A DNA stretch of 64,000 nt from an uncultured Candidatus Saccharibacteria bacterium. GTDB lineage: Bacteria; Patescibacteriota; Saccharimonadia; Saccharimonadales; Saccharimonadaceae. Positions 45,821 through 55,103 of this stretch are shown piece by piece. Position 1 is the first letter of the stretch, and each line of letters begins with the position of its first letter. A program made the translations under genes and the position numbers. Below the pieces are notes generated by a model. The model was not told the origin of the DNA. It did not search any database and saw nothing but the letters and a program-made list of their open reading frames with translations. Location of the stretch: NCBI GenBank assembly GCA_963704675.1, contig OY969928.1, positions 631,539 to 695,538 of the forward strand, given 5' to 3'.

Positions 45821-47941
45821 TTAATCTTGTTTCGCTTCTTTCATACTAAGGTTGAGGCGACCTTGGTCGTCAATAGCAACTAATTTCACACGGACCTTAT
45901 CGCCTTCTTTCACAACATCGCTCACCTTTTCAACCCGCTGGTCAGACATTTGTGAAATGTGCACTAAGCCGTCGCGGCCAGGCATAATATTCACAAAAGC
46001 GCCGAACTCCATTAGTTTTACCACAATACCATCGTAAACTTTGCCAACTTCGGGCTCAGCCACGATCGCTTGAATCATTTGTATAGCTGCGGTAATGCTC
46101 TTGGTATCAATCGCCGAAACAGTTACCAGGCCGTCATCTTTAATATCAATTTCAGCACCGGTATCGGCGATGATCTTGTTGATCATCTCGCCGCCTTTAC
46201 CAATTACTTCGCGGATTTTCTCAGGCTTAATCATTAGTTTTTCAATACGCGGAGCGTAAGGACTTAGCTGTTCGCGCGGTGCGCTCAAGGTTTCAAGCAT
46301 GTGTTGCAAAATGTGCGCCCGGCCGGTTTTGCCCTGCATTAAGGCTTGACGCAAAATGTCCACCGGTAAACCATGCACCTTCATATCCATTTGGAGCGCT
46401 GTAATGCCCTTTTCAGTGCCAGCAACTTTGAAATCCATATCACCGGCAAAATCTTCGGCATCGGCAATATCACTCATAACATAAGGCGTGTCGCCATCCA
46501 TCATGAGGCCCATAGCAATGCCCGACACTGGAGCTTTCAATGGTACACCAGCATCCATTAGTGCTAAACAGCTCGAGCAGGCCGCAGCCATTGAGGTTGA
46601 GCCATTCTGGCTCATAATCTCAGTGACACTACGAATGGTGTACGGAAAGTCTTCAATTGATGGCAATACATTAAGTAATGCCCGTTCGGCGAGATAACCA
46701 TGACCAATCTCGCGACGACCCGCTGAACCAAGGCGGCGTACTTCGCCCACTGTATAACCAGGCGCGTTGTAATGGTGCATGTAACGCCGTTCGAAGTCGT
46801 TTTGCTCCATGGTATCTACCATCTGCGCATAGCTTAAAGGTGCGAGCGTCACAACGTTCATGCCCTGCGTAACTCCACGGGTGAATAAGCTTGAACCGTG
46901 CGTGCGTGGCAAAATACCAACTTCGCTTGAAAGCGGGCGAATTTCATCAAGCTTGCGGCCATCGGGGCGCAGGCCCTTTTCGACAATACCGCGGCGCACG
47001 TCTTTATGTAGCGCCGTAGTAAAAGCTTCGTCATATTCGCCGCGCAGCAGCTCGTATTCTTCACCAACACTCTCAGCCATGACTTCATGGAATTCACCAC
47101 GCAAAATCGTGATCATTTCATTGCGCTCTGGGTACGGACGTCGCAGATCTTCACTGAGTTTGTCGGCCATCCAAGCGTCAACAGATGTTTGAATCTCTTC
47201 ATTGGGCAATACAAGTTCATATTCAAGAGCTTCGACACCGATTTTTTCAGTCAGTTCTTTTTGCACGGCAATAGCTGGCTGGAAGGTTTCATGCGCCCAA
47301 GCAAGTGCATCAGCTACCACATCTTCGGCAACTTCTTTAGCACCAGCCTCAACCATAGTGATACCACTCTCAATACCAGCAACTACTAAATCAAGCTCAC
47401 TTTGTTCAATTTCTTCAGGGCTGGCAAACGCTTTGAACTCGCCATTTACTCGCGAAATGCGAAGCCCAGCTACTGGGCCGTCAAATGGCGCACCCGTTAA
47501 TGTCAACGCGGCGCTCGCAGCGATCATCGCTACCATATCTGGCCGGAAGTTCGGGTCCATTGAAAGCACTGTTGCGACCACCTGCACTTCTTGACGATAG
47601 CCTTTTGGAAAGAGTGGTCGAATTGGCCGGTCAATAATACGACCAATAAGAATCGCTTCGTCACTCGGGCGACCTTCACGTTTAATAAAACGTGAGCCAC
47701 TAATCTTACCGGCTGCATAAAACTTTTCTTCGTAATCAACACTGAGCGGGAAGTAATCCATACCACTAATTGGCTTGTTACCAACCATAGCCGTTCCAAG
47801 CACAACAGTGTCGCCATAGCGCACCAATACGCTCGCGGTAGTGCGAAAACCAACTCGCCCAACTTCTAGGGTAAGCGGCTTGCCGCATAACTCGACTTCA
47901 ACTTTAATAATATCTTTACCGAATGGGTTAATGGTGCCCAT
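45821..47941 (-). CDS. pnp: polynucleotide phosphorylase
   Basis: 706 aa with two RNase PH domains, KH and S1 (..GKVYDGIVVKLMEFGAFVNI..). Confidence 0.95.
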   Translation of the reverse strand: MGTINPFGKDIIKVEVELCGKPLTLEVGRVGFRTTASVLVRYGDTVVLGTAMVGNKPISGMDYFPLSVDYEEKFYAAGKISGSRFIKREGRPSDEAILIGRIIDRPIRPLFPKGYRQEVQVVATVLSMDPNFRPDMVAMIAASAALTLTGAPFDGPVAGLRISRVNGEFKAFASPEEIEQSELDLVVAGIESGITMVEAGAKEVAEDVVADALAWAHETFQPAIAVQKELTEKIGVEALEYELVLPNEEIQTSVDAWMADKLSEDLRRPYPERNEMITILRGEFHEVMAESVGEEYELLRGEYDEAFTTALHKDVRRGIVEKGLRPDGRKLDEIRPLSSEVGILPRTHGSSLFTRGVTQGMNVVTLAPLSYAQMVDTMEQNDFERRYMHHYNAPGYTVGEVRRLGSAGRREIGHGYLAERALLNVLPSIEDFPYTIRSVTEIMSQNGSTSMAAACSSCLALMDAGVPLKAPVSGIAMGLMMDGDTPYVMSDIADAEDFAGDMDFKVAGTEKGITALQMDMKVHGLPVDILRQALMQGKTGRAHILQHMLETLSAPREQLSPYAPRIEKLMIKPEKIREVIGKGGEMINKIIADTGAEIDIKDDGLVTVSAIDTKSITAAIQMIQAIVAEPEVGKVYDGIVVKLMEFGAFVNIMPGRDGLVHISQMSDQRVEKVSDVVKEGDKVRVKLVAIDDQGRLNLSMKEAKQD

Positions 47942-48082
47942 ATTTACTCCTTATTACTCGTTTATGAGCGGATAAGTAACGGGTATAACGCTTCTATTGA
48001 AAAACGTTATGTCCACCACTTACACCACTCCGTGAGCCAACGCCATTATAACGCATTTTTGAGCATCGTGATAGTGAAGGTA

Positions 48083-48111
48083 TTGACACTTTTAATCTAA
48101 CATTATATTAT
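48083..48111 (+). promoter_or_regulatory. near-consensus promoter of the WhiB-like gene
   Basis: TTGACA (48083-88), a 17-nt spacer, then TATTAT (48106-11), in the context ggtaTTGACa. Confidence 0.5.
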
Positions 48112-48159
48112 ATCTACCTGGTACACCTCAACCGGTCCCAAACCTCTGGAGGTAATGAC

Positions 48160-48414
48160 ATGGACTGGCGTTACAACAGTGCCTGCCGCGACGAGGACCC
48201 GGATCTGTTCTTTCCCGTGGGAACGAGCGGTCCGGCCATTTTGCAGACGGCGCAGGCCAAGTCGGTCTGCCACCGCTGCACCGTCGCGTCAGACTGCCTG
48301 ACCTGGGCGCTGCAGAGCGGCCAGGACAGCGGCGTCTGGGGCGGCATGAGTGAGGACGAGCGTCGCGCGCTCAAGCGGCGCAACGCGCGCGTTCGCACTC
48401 GCAGCAACGTCTGA
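48160..48414 (+). CDS. whiB: WhiB-like (Wbl) [4Fe-4S] transcription factor
   Basis: 84 aa. Cys pattern C9-x27-C37-x2-C40-x5-C46, GVWGG turn (SGVWGGMSEDER), basic tail RRNARVRTRSNV, and a GGAGG RBS. Confidence 0.85.
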   Translation: MDWRYNSACRDEDPDLFFPVGTSGPAILQTAQAKSVCHRCTVASDCLTWALQSGQDSGVWGGMSEDERRALKRRNARVRTRSNV

Positions 48415-48471
48415 TCACTGGGTGCGACCCGCTTGGCACACGCCACGCTTTCGCACCCATCAGTACCACCC

Positions 48472-48507
48472 GGGTTCGGAAGCTCCACTACTGGAGCTTC
48501 CGAACCC
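48472..48507 (+). terminator. 16-bp perfect hairpin terminator after whiB
   Basis: gggttcggaagctcca-ctac-tggagcttccgaaccc followed by ttttcgatttt. Confidence 0.7.
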
Positions 48508-48586
48508 TTTTCGATTTTAAACGAAAGTATCTTAATAAAAAATAACCCCCGAAACAGGAGCTATTCTTAGAAGATTACTTTAGTTA

Positions 48587-48853
48587 TTACTTACGCAGGC
48601 CAAGCTTTGCCACTGTCGCCTTGTATGTTTCAAAATCGGTTTTTTCGAGGTAGCGTAAAAGCTTCCTACGACGACCGACCATTTGTAGTAACCCACGGCG
48701 AGCCATAAAGTCATGCTTATTAACTTTTAAGTGTTCGGTAATTTCTTTAATGCGGGCTGTTAAAACAGCAATTTGCACCTCAGGAGAACCGACATCACCT
48801 TCATGGCGCTGGTTATCTGCAATAACCTTTGTTTTTACATCTTGTGCAATCAT
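48587..48853 (-). CDS. rpsO: 30S ribosomal protein S15
   Basis: ..[51 protein letters not shown].. Confidence 0.9.
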   Translation of the reverse strand: MIAQDVKTKVIADNQRHEGDVGSPEVQIAVLTARIKEITEHLKVNKHDFMARRGLLQMVGRRRKLLRYLEKTDFETYKATVAKLGLRK

Positions 48854-48898
48854 ATCTCAGAGATAGTAACAGATGACGAACCCTTTGGCAAGCGTTGC

Positions 48899-49627
48899 CT
48901 ATTTTTTTGCAATTATCGTTGTTTGCTTATCAAAGCCGAAGTTTTTATAAATAACACTCTTTAGCCCAAAACTTTGCTCGGTAGCACGAGCCGGAACAAC
49001 ATAGACCTCTTTAAAACCAGCTTCGTAAAACTTTGCGACTAAGTTTTTTGCATCTTCTGGATTCACAACAGCAATCTCTCTATCAATAAACAAGCCGCCG
49101 TCTTGAAGAGAGTTGTGTATGCTTTTAAGCATCGCGGCAGTTTCTTCAGGGGGGTGAGGTGTATAGATCGCATCTGAGGCGTATACTTCAGTTACTGTTC
49201 CCTCTTGGAATACATCTTTCGTTGCATCAGCAACTACAAAATTCACATTTTCTTGCCCCTGCGACTCCAGGAGCGCCTGCATATCGCTATATCGTTCGGC
49301 AGCAAGCATTGTTGTCGTTGCCATGTCAGGCGAACCTAAGCCCTGACGATCAAGCCGTTCAGCCTCTGCCACATCAGCCTTATTCTTACCATAATCAACT
49401 CCAACATAGACAGAATCCTCGGTATCAAATCGCCTTTGGCTTCCATACGCGTCAAGGATAATCGAAGAATTCAAATATGACCGGCTTCCGGGGCCAATCT
49501 CGACATATATACCATGCAAAGGAGCATCAATTTTCGCTTTTAAAGTCTCTGCCACTTCAGGGGTTAGTTCTTTGGCTTCCCTTTTAGGGAGGCCTTCTTG
49601 ATTGTCGTTTGGTATTTCAGAACTCAT
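48899..49627 (-). CDS. possible class I SAM-dependent methyltransferase-like protein
   Basis: 242 aa. It has a motif I-like VEIGPG, plus VVADA and LQDGG spacing. The evidence is weak. Confidence 0.35.
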   Translation of the reverse strand: MSSEIPNDNQEGLPKREAKELTPEVAETLKAKIDAPLHGIYVEIGPGSRSYLNSSIILDAYGSQRRFDTEDSVYVGVDYGKNKADVAEAERLDRQGLGSPDMATTTMLAAERYSDMQALLESQGQENVNFVVADATKDVFQEGTVTEVYASDAIYTPHPPEETAAMLKSIHNSLQDGGLFIDREIAVVNPEDAKNLVAKFYEAGFKEVYVVPARATEQSFGLKSVIYKNFGFDKQTTIIAKK

Positions 49628-49757
49628 AAACTTATTTTTGATTTACGCAGAGATATTACGCACTAAAAGTATCATGTTTAGCTGGTTGTGTCAAGGGTTA
49701 AATCAATTTGATACTTAATCTACCCTGTGTAGAATAGACGAATCTGCACCATGAACT

Positions 49758-50543
49758 TTAGTGTATTGCAATTGGTTGCACCGAAGGTACAACTCCCCTG
49801 AGATGTCTTGCATGGTGGAGCTCTGTAGCCAGTACATCTAAAACCAGCCGATCCTCTTGATTAATGCTTTCTGTTGCCGTAAAACCTTTTAAAAATCCAA
49901 GATATACTCGACGAGCAAAGTCTCCGGAGCGATCGGTAAAATGGTTAAGCTCAATTACGCCTATGCCATGCTCACATAACGACGATGGCACTGCGGCATG
50001 CATTAAAGTTAATCCTTCGGCAATCTAGTAGTAGCCTTTTACCTTTAAAGCAATAGTTTTGCCACTTAATTAAACTACTGATATACGTCAATCCAGCAGA
50101 TAGAATTTGCTATGCCATAAGTATGACGTGCCGATTAGATGCTTCTCTTATAATCGTTCCACCAACATCTGAGTCGTTTTCATCAACAAGCTGAGACATC
50201 ACAGCATAGGCAGTTTGCAGACTTTGTTCATACAGCGCATGCCTATGGCGAATGTGCGCTATGACTGCTTCTTCTTGAGCCTGTTTAAAACGCCGACTGC
50301 TTGAATGAGAGCTTCGTCAAGTTCGGGAAACAAGGCCCGAAAACGGCGAGCATGAAGTTGTTGACGATATCGCTTACCATGAAGAGATGCTGCGTCAAAA
50401 TGAACACTAAAGTTATTGCAACTATGATAGAAGACCTCATGAGATGGCCTAATGAGCATCTCTTTGCCAGTATCTTCATCCGTATGCCATACGTCAGACA
50501 CCAGATGAGCAGGCTCTTGTTCATTTTGCTCTGGTGAATGCAT
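49758..50543 (-). pseudogene. probable decayed gene, fragmented into short frames
   Basis: Only 81-aa and 94-aa fragments, plus an overlapping 115-aa alternative frame, are found in about 0.9 kb of an otherwise tightly packed genome. The minus-strand reading continues across frame changes. Confidence 0.3.
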
Positions 50544-51200
50544 CTATAACTCCTTTGCATTAGTAACACTATACTGTGCAATCTGTGTACGACGAAGCTG
50601 CGAGCAGTAGGCGCCAGTTTGTAACTGGGCACCTATATCTTCAGCCAACGTACGGATATAAGTACCGCTTGAGACATGGGTTCGAATTGTTACGTCTGGA
50701 TAAGTGTAATCAAGTAATTCCAAGGAATAAATATTTACTGTACGACTGGGCATTTCAACTGTCTCACCCTTTCGGGCAAGTTTATAGGCTCGCTGACCGT
50801 TAATCTTTATAGCACTATAGGCAGGCGGAGTTTGCTTAACTTCACCGGCAAACTCTTTTAAGACCGCCTTTATTTCTTTGTAATCTGGTACGCGGTCGTT
50901 AATTTTAGTAATCTCACCTTCAGGATCGCCAGTACTACTGATTTCGCCAAGGCGAATGGTAGCTTCATACATTTTATCGAGTTTTGAATATCGCTCGGCT
51001 TTTTTACATTCTTGGCCGATAACTAAAATCATTAAGCCGGTTGCAAATGGGTCTAGTGTGCCTGTATGACCGACTTTGACTTTTTTACCCGCTCGTTCAC
51101 TCAATACTCGCCGCACACGAGCAACAACACCAAAACTTGTCATATGCGGTGGTTTGTTAATAAGTAAAATACCATCTTGTATATCTGGGATATCGTTCAT
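50544..51200 (-). CDS. truB: tRNA pseudouridine(55) synthase
   Basis: GILLINKPPHMTSFGVV..VGHTGTLDPFATGLMIL (catalytic Asp motif). Confidence 0.9.
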   Translation of the reverse strand: MNDIPDIQDGILLINKPPHMTSFGVVARVRRVLSERAGKKVKVGHTGTLDPFATGLMILVIGQECKKAERYSKLDKMYEATIRLGEISSTGDPEGEITKINDRVPDYKEIKAVLKEFAGEVKQTPPAYSAIKINGQRAYKLARKGETVEMPSRTVNIYSLELLDYTYPDVTIRTHVSSGTYIRTLAEDIGAQLQTGAYCSQLRRTQIAQYSVTNAKEL

Positions 51201-51234
51201 TCTTTCTCCATAATGTCAGTATGGCATGTTTTGC

Positions 51235-51270
51235 GCGGGGCCAGAGACTCATCGCTAGCTCTGGCCCCGC
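51235..51270 (-). terminator. 12-bp perfect GC hairpin after the M23-like gene
   Basis: gcggggccagag..ctctggccccgc, 10 nt past the stop codon, with no U-tract. Confidence 0.5.
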
Positions 51271-51279
51271 GTATCTTAC

Positions 51280-52188
51280 CTACTCATCAGCGAAAAGCGC
51301 TTCGCCGCGCCGGTTGGTTAGCCACAAGGGGCGTGGTCCAACGCGAATCTTGCCCGGGCGCACGTTGTGAAGGCTGAACTCGGGATAATCCTGCCGTTCT
51401 TGGCCGTACAGGCCCGAGAGGCAGAGCCGGTTCTTACGAGCAAAACTCCGGCCGGGGTCGCGGCCACAGTTCGCCGCCATGTGCAGCTGCTGGGGGTCCC
51501 ACAGCGTCGTATCTTCGGGAATGATGACGGTGTGATTGGCCGGATTGAAGTGTTCCCGGCCGATACCTGTCGCCCCGAATGTGCCGATGACATCGCCGGC
51601 CCGCACTGGAATACCCAGCCGACGGAGCTCGTCTTGAGTTTTCATGACACCCGATGGATGCCAATCGAACTCATCCGTTTGAACGGCTGGCAAGTACGGA
51701 ATATCTTCCGCAACCGAGCCCAGGTGAATCAGCTGTGTGGTCAACTTACCGAAACCTGGCACATCAACGTGTTCGTGCTGGATTTCGACAAATAGCCCGG
51801 CACCGCCCCCATAGACAACATCATTCTCAATTCGAAGTGTCAAGAACTGGTAGCTGCACCAGGCGATGCCATCTGCCGGCGCCAGGATCGGTACCCCCAG
51901 CTCCAGACCTTCAAAGTCGAGCGCCTGGTGCGAGTTGTCGTCCCAGCCAATGAGCGGCATCTCGTCGGCAGCATCGAAGAAGCCATTCGTGACAGTCAGC
52001 TTGGAAGCGTCACACTTGCGGAATGGCTGCTTCAAGCATGGCGGTGGCACCACCCGCTCACGCGGTGTTGGGTCGAGTCGCGGACGATGATGCTGGTTTG
52101 ATGCGGCCATTGCCTCGTCAACGCTCACCGAGCCAACGGCTCCGACCGCCACAGCGCCCATGAGGACGCTCCTTCTAGAAGCACACAT
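51280..52188 (-). CDS. Tat-signal secreted M23/LytM-like metallopeptidase (high-GC islet)
   Basis: Twin-arginine N-terminus MCASRRSVLMGAVAVGA..AMAA. M23-like blocks are SHQALDF (HxxxD), GVPILAPADGIA, GLFVEIQH, TQLIHLGS and VRAGDVIGTFGATG. The terminal HxH is not obvious. Confidence 0.55.
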   Translation of the reverse strand: MCASRRSVLMGAVAVGAVGSVSVDEAMAASNQHHRPRLDPTPRERVVPPPCLKQPFRKCDASKLTVTNGFFDAADEMPLIGWDDNSHQALDFEGLELGVPILAPADGIAWCSYQFLTLRIENDVVYGGGAGLFVEIQHEHVDVPGFGKLTTQLIHLGSVAEDIPYLPAVQTDEFDWHPSGVMKTQDELRRLGIPVRAGDVIGTFGATGIGREHFNPANHTVIIPEDTTLWDPQQLHMAANCGRDPGRSFARKNRLCLSGLYGQERQDYPEFSLHNVRPGKIRVGPRPLWLTNRRGEALFADE

Positions 52189-52324
52189 CTCGCCACCCTT
52201 TCATGTGTAGGTACGTGGCATACTTAATGTACGCTATTTTGCAATCAAAAGTTATATCTGTTGTAGCTTTTGCACTATTTAATTTCAACCTCAATATAAG
52301 ACATAGCTTGCTATACTAGAATAT

Positions 52325-53035
52325 ATGCAAAAAGTTTTATTTGGTATTTTCGCCCACCCAGATGATGAAGCGTTTGGACCCAGCGGCACACTTATTAAAA
52401 TGGCCCGCGACGGCATAGATATTCATCTTATGTGCCTAACTCGTGGTGAAGCAGGCGTTAACCTCGATGGCTATGAAGATTTGGGTGCCATGCGAAGTCA
52501 CGAACGGCAAAAAGCTGGTGAAATTATCGGTGTTAAAAGCACGCAGCAATTTGATTTTGGTGACGGCCAGCTTTGCAACAACCAATATCACAAAATAGCC
52601 GCCGCGATTGAACAGCGCGTTAGTGAAAAGCTTAGTGAATATCAAGAGCCAGCCAAAGTAGAGTTTTTAACATTCGAACACGGCGGGCTAACCGGGCATC
52701 TCGATCATATCGCGGCCAGCATGATAACAAGTTATGTATTTTTGCGACTTTGCCAGCAGCCTAGCAAGCATCGTTTCACGCAAGTTCGTTATTTCTGTTT
52801 GCCACACAGCAACTTTGATAATGATGTCTCGTTTGTCTACTGGCCAGCCGGACGCTCACCAGAACAGATTGAAGAAATTGTTGATATCTCGGATGTAGCC
52901 GGCATAAAGCTTGCCGTTACACAGGCTCATCGCTCACAACGCAGCGATGCAAATATGTGGCTCGAGAAATTCGATAAATACCTACAACAAGAATCGTTTT
53001 GCTTCTTGAAATCGCCTACTGACCAGGAATCTTGA
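52325..53035 (+). CDS. PIG-L/LmbE family deacetylase
   Basis: LFGIFAHPDDEAFG (AHPDDE motif) and downstream HxDH-type His residues (HLDHIA). Confidence 0.75.
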   Translation: MQKVLFGIFAHPDDEAFGPSGTLIKMARDGIDIHLMCLTRGEAGVNLDGYEDLGAMRSHERQKAGEIIGVKSTQQFDFGDGQLCNNQYHKIAAAIEQRVSEKLSEYQEPAKVEFLTFEHGGLTGHLDHIAASMITSYVFLRLCQQPSKHRFTQVRYFCLPHSNFDNDVSFVYWPAGRSPEQIEEIVDISDVAGIKLAVTQAHRSQRSDANMWLEKFDKYLQQESFCFLKSPTDQES

Positions 53036-54929
53036 ACTGGGTCGGAGATGACGGTGCAGGCGGAGTTGGCCCTGCACCACCCACTGGCGGATTAGCCGGC
53101 GGCATATTATCAAACTGTAATGGTGGCGGACCATAAGGGTCAGGCTGAGGCGTATTATTGCTAGATGGAGCTGTATTATCACTTGTTGGTAGTGACGGCA
53201 TCGGTGGTAGATTATCCATTGGAGGAAGCGGGGGTGGTAATGGAGCATCAAAAGCCGGTGGCGGCGGTGGCACTAGTTGTGTCGATGAAGCCTGTATAGG
53301 AGGCTCCGGGTGAACATCAAGCGCCTGAGACGCGCCAACCGAAGCCAGTGGCTGGTTACTAGGGTCAAATGGCTGCGAATTCAATGCCGCTTCAACCGCT
53401 TGCCGGGCGTTATCAACGTGAGCCTGTGCTGGCGGCTCCGCTACTGGTGGTAGTTGATCAGCTAAGTTTGGTGCGCTAGCCTGCTCAGTCGGTGTGGGCA
53501 TAGCCGGCAGTTGCGGGAGTGGTGGAGTTGGTGCAGCTGGTGCAGTTGGCGGCGCTGGTACTGGCGCTAGTGCAGGTGCTGGTGGCAATACAGGCACCTG
53601 TGGCGGTTTATTGGCGAGCTTTTGGGCTTCAGCTTTTATAAGCTCTCGGTTATCAGGCTTTTGTTCAGCGATAGCTGTAGGATTATTGTGGCTAAGAATT
53701 GTTTTATTACGCTCTTCTTCCTCTGCTCGTTCTTTATCTTCAAAAGCTTGATCAGTTGTCGCATTGAGCGTGCCGCCGAGCGTTGGTGGTTCAATACGCT
53801 TCCCCATCCATGAAGGGTGACCTTCATGCTCAATTTTTGTTTCTTCTTTTTTGGCAGGGAGATTAGGTGCTTCTTCAAACTGTTTTGGCGCATCTGCCTC
53901 TTTTTTAACCTCAGCCTCAAGTTCGGCTAGTGTCGGTGCTTGTTTTGCCTCTGGCGCAGGAGGCTGCTTCGGAAGTACCCCGGCTAACGCTTCTTCAGCC
54001 GCCTTAACTGCATCTTGTTGCTTCTCTTTAGAAATTTGCTCAGGCGTTGGCGCCTTTTTAGTATGATCAATATCAATCTCACCATCAGCCTTCTTCTTTC
54101 TCTGTTTTTTAACCTTTGTCGAAGCATTTTCTTCTAAATTAGTACTACCGTCGTCATTAACTGATGGAATCGCATGACCCTGCTGCAGTTTAGTAGCAAT
54201 GAGTTGCTGATTAGCGCCGGCCGCCATTAGTTGCGCCGACATCGTCATGACGCGGGGTGTGGTGTGCTCATTACTAAAACGCTCAGTGGCAGCAACAATA
54301 CCTGTCAGTAAAGCAGTGGCAATTTGTTCATCAATTAAACCAGTTTGCAGCGCTTCGCTAAGGCTCATGAGCATTTCACACAGGCTCGAAGCATTCGGAT
54401 CCTGCCAATCAATAGAGCCAAGCGCGCCTTTGCCAGCCGCAGCATTAATAGTAATAACGGTGGCATCATGCAGGATACGACCGTGAGCAACAATTGCTTG
54501 ATCGAGCGCTTCGCGCTGCTCAACACCAAGTGCCACAATCACTTCAACGTTAAAATCACCTTGGCTAAATTCAAGATCTTTATTAGTGATGGTCGTGCGA
54601 TATGGTGTAATAAAAATCTTCACCATTTCACCTTCAACTTTATAGCGTAGACGATCAGCTTTTTCTTTATCAAGAGCAATAATAAAATCACGCAGGCTAT
54701 CAACCGCACCTTCAAAAGTTTTTTCAGGGTCTAAAAACTCAATTGCTGGTGGAATTGCACCACTAAAGACAGCCGTTGCATGCTTATCTAATTTATTAAG
54801 CATAAGTGTAAAAGCAAGTGCTGCTGAAAGTTCGTCAACCGAAGGATTATTGCTTACCGTTACCAAGATGTTAGTAGCGTTTTTGAGCTGTTCAACAATC
54901 TGTTGTTTTGCGTTCGGCCCGCTATCCAT
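53016..54929 (-). CDS. NrnA/DHH-like domain protein with degenerate catalytic motifs and a long Pro-rich C-terminal region
   Basis: The N-terminal ~330 aa follow DHH/DHHA1 architecture, but DHH-type Asp/His motifs are replaced (..VSNNPSVDELSAALA.., ..TGIVAATERFSN..). The C-terminal ~300 aa are low-complexity P/A/Q-rich. Confidence 0.5.
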   Translation of the reverse strand: MDSGPNAKQQIVEQLKNATNILVTVSNNPSVDELSAALAFTLMLNKLDKHATAVFSGAIPPAIEFLDPEKTFEGAVDSLRDFIIALDKEKADRLRYKVEGEMVKIFITPYRTTITNKDLEFSQGDFNVEVIVALGVEQREALDQAIVAHGRILHDATVITINAAAGKGALGSIDWQDPNASSLCEMLMSLSEALQTGLIDEQIATALLTGIVAATERFSNEHTTPRVMTMSAQLMAAGANQQLIATKLQQGHAIPSVNDDGSTNLEENASTKVKKQRKKKADGEIDIDHTKKAPTPEQISKEKQQDAVKAAEEALAGVLPKQPPAPEAKQAPTLAELEAEVKKEADAPKQFEEAPNLPAKKEETKIEHEGHPSWMGKRIEPPTLGGTLNATTDQAFEDKERAEEEERNKTILSHNNPTAIAEQKPDNRELIKAEAQKLANKPPQVPVLPPAPALAPVPAPPTAPAAPTPPLPQLPAMPTPTEQASAPNLADQLPPVAEPPAQAHVDNARQAVEAALNSQPFDPSNQPLASVGASQALDVHPEPPIQASSTQLVPPPPPAFDAPLPPPLPPMDNLPPMPSLPTSDNTAPSSNNTPQPDPYGPPPLQFDNMPPANPPVGGAGPTPPAPSSPTQFKIPGQ

Positions 54930-55103
54930 AGTGCCTTTTCTCTTTTTTGTTTTGTAGTTAGATTTTATTTCACTGTAGCACAAGCGTTTTTAGCAAGTCA
55001 ATAAAATAGCACAACTTCTTTACAGATATGTGGTTTTTCGCTATAATTACTCTTCGAAGTCAATAAATATATAACTTTTTGTAAGCAAGGATAAAAACAC
55101 CAT

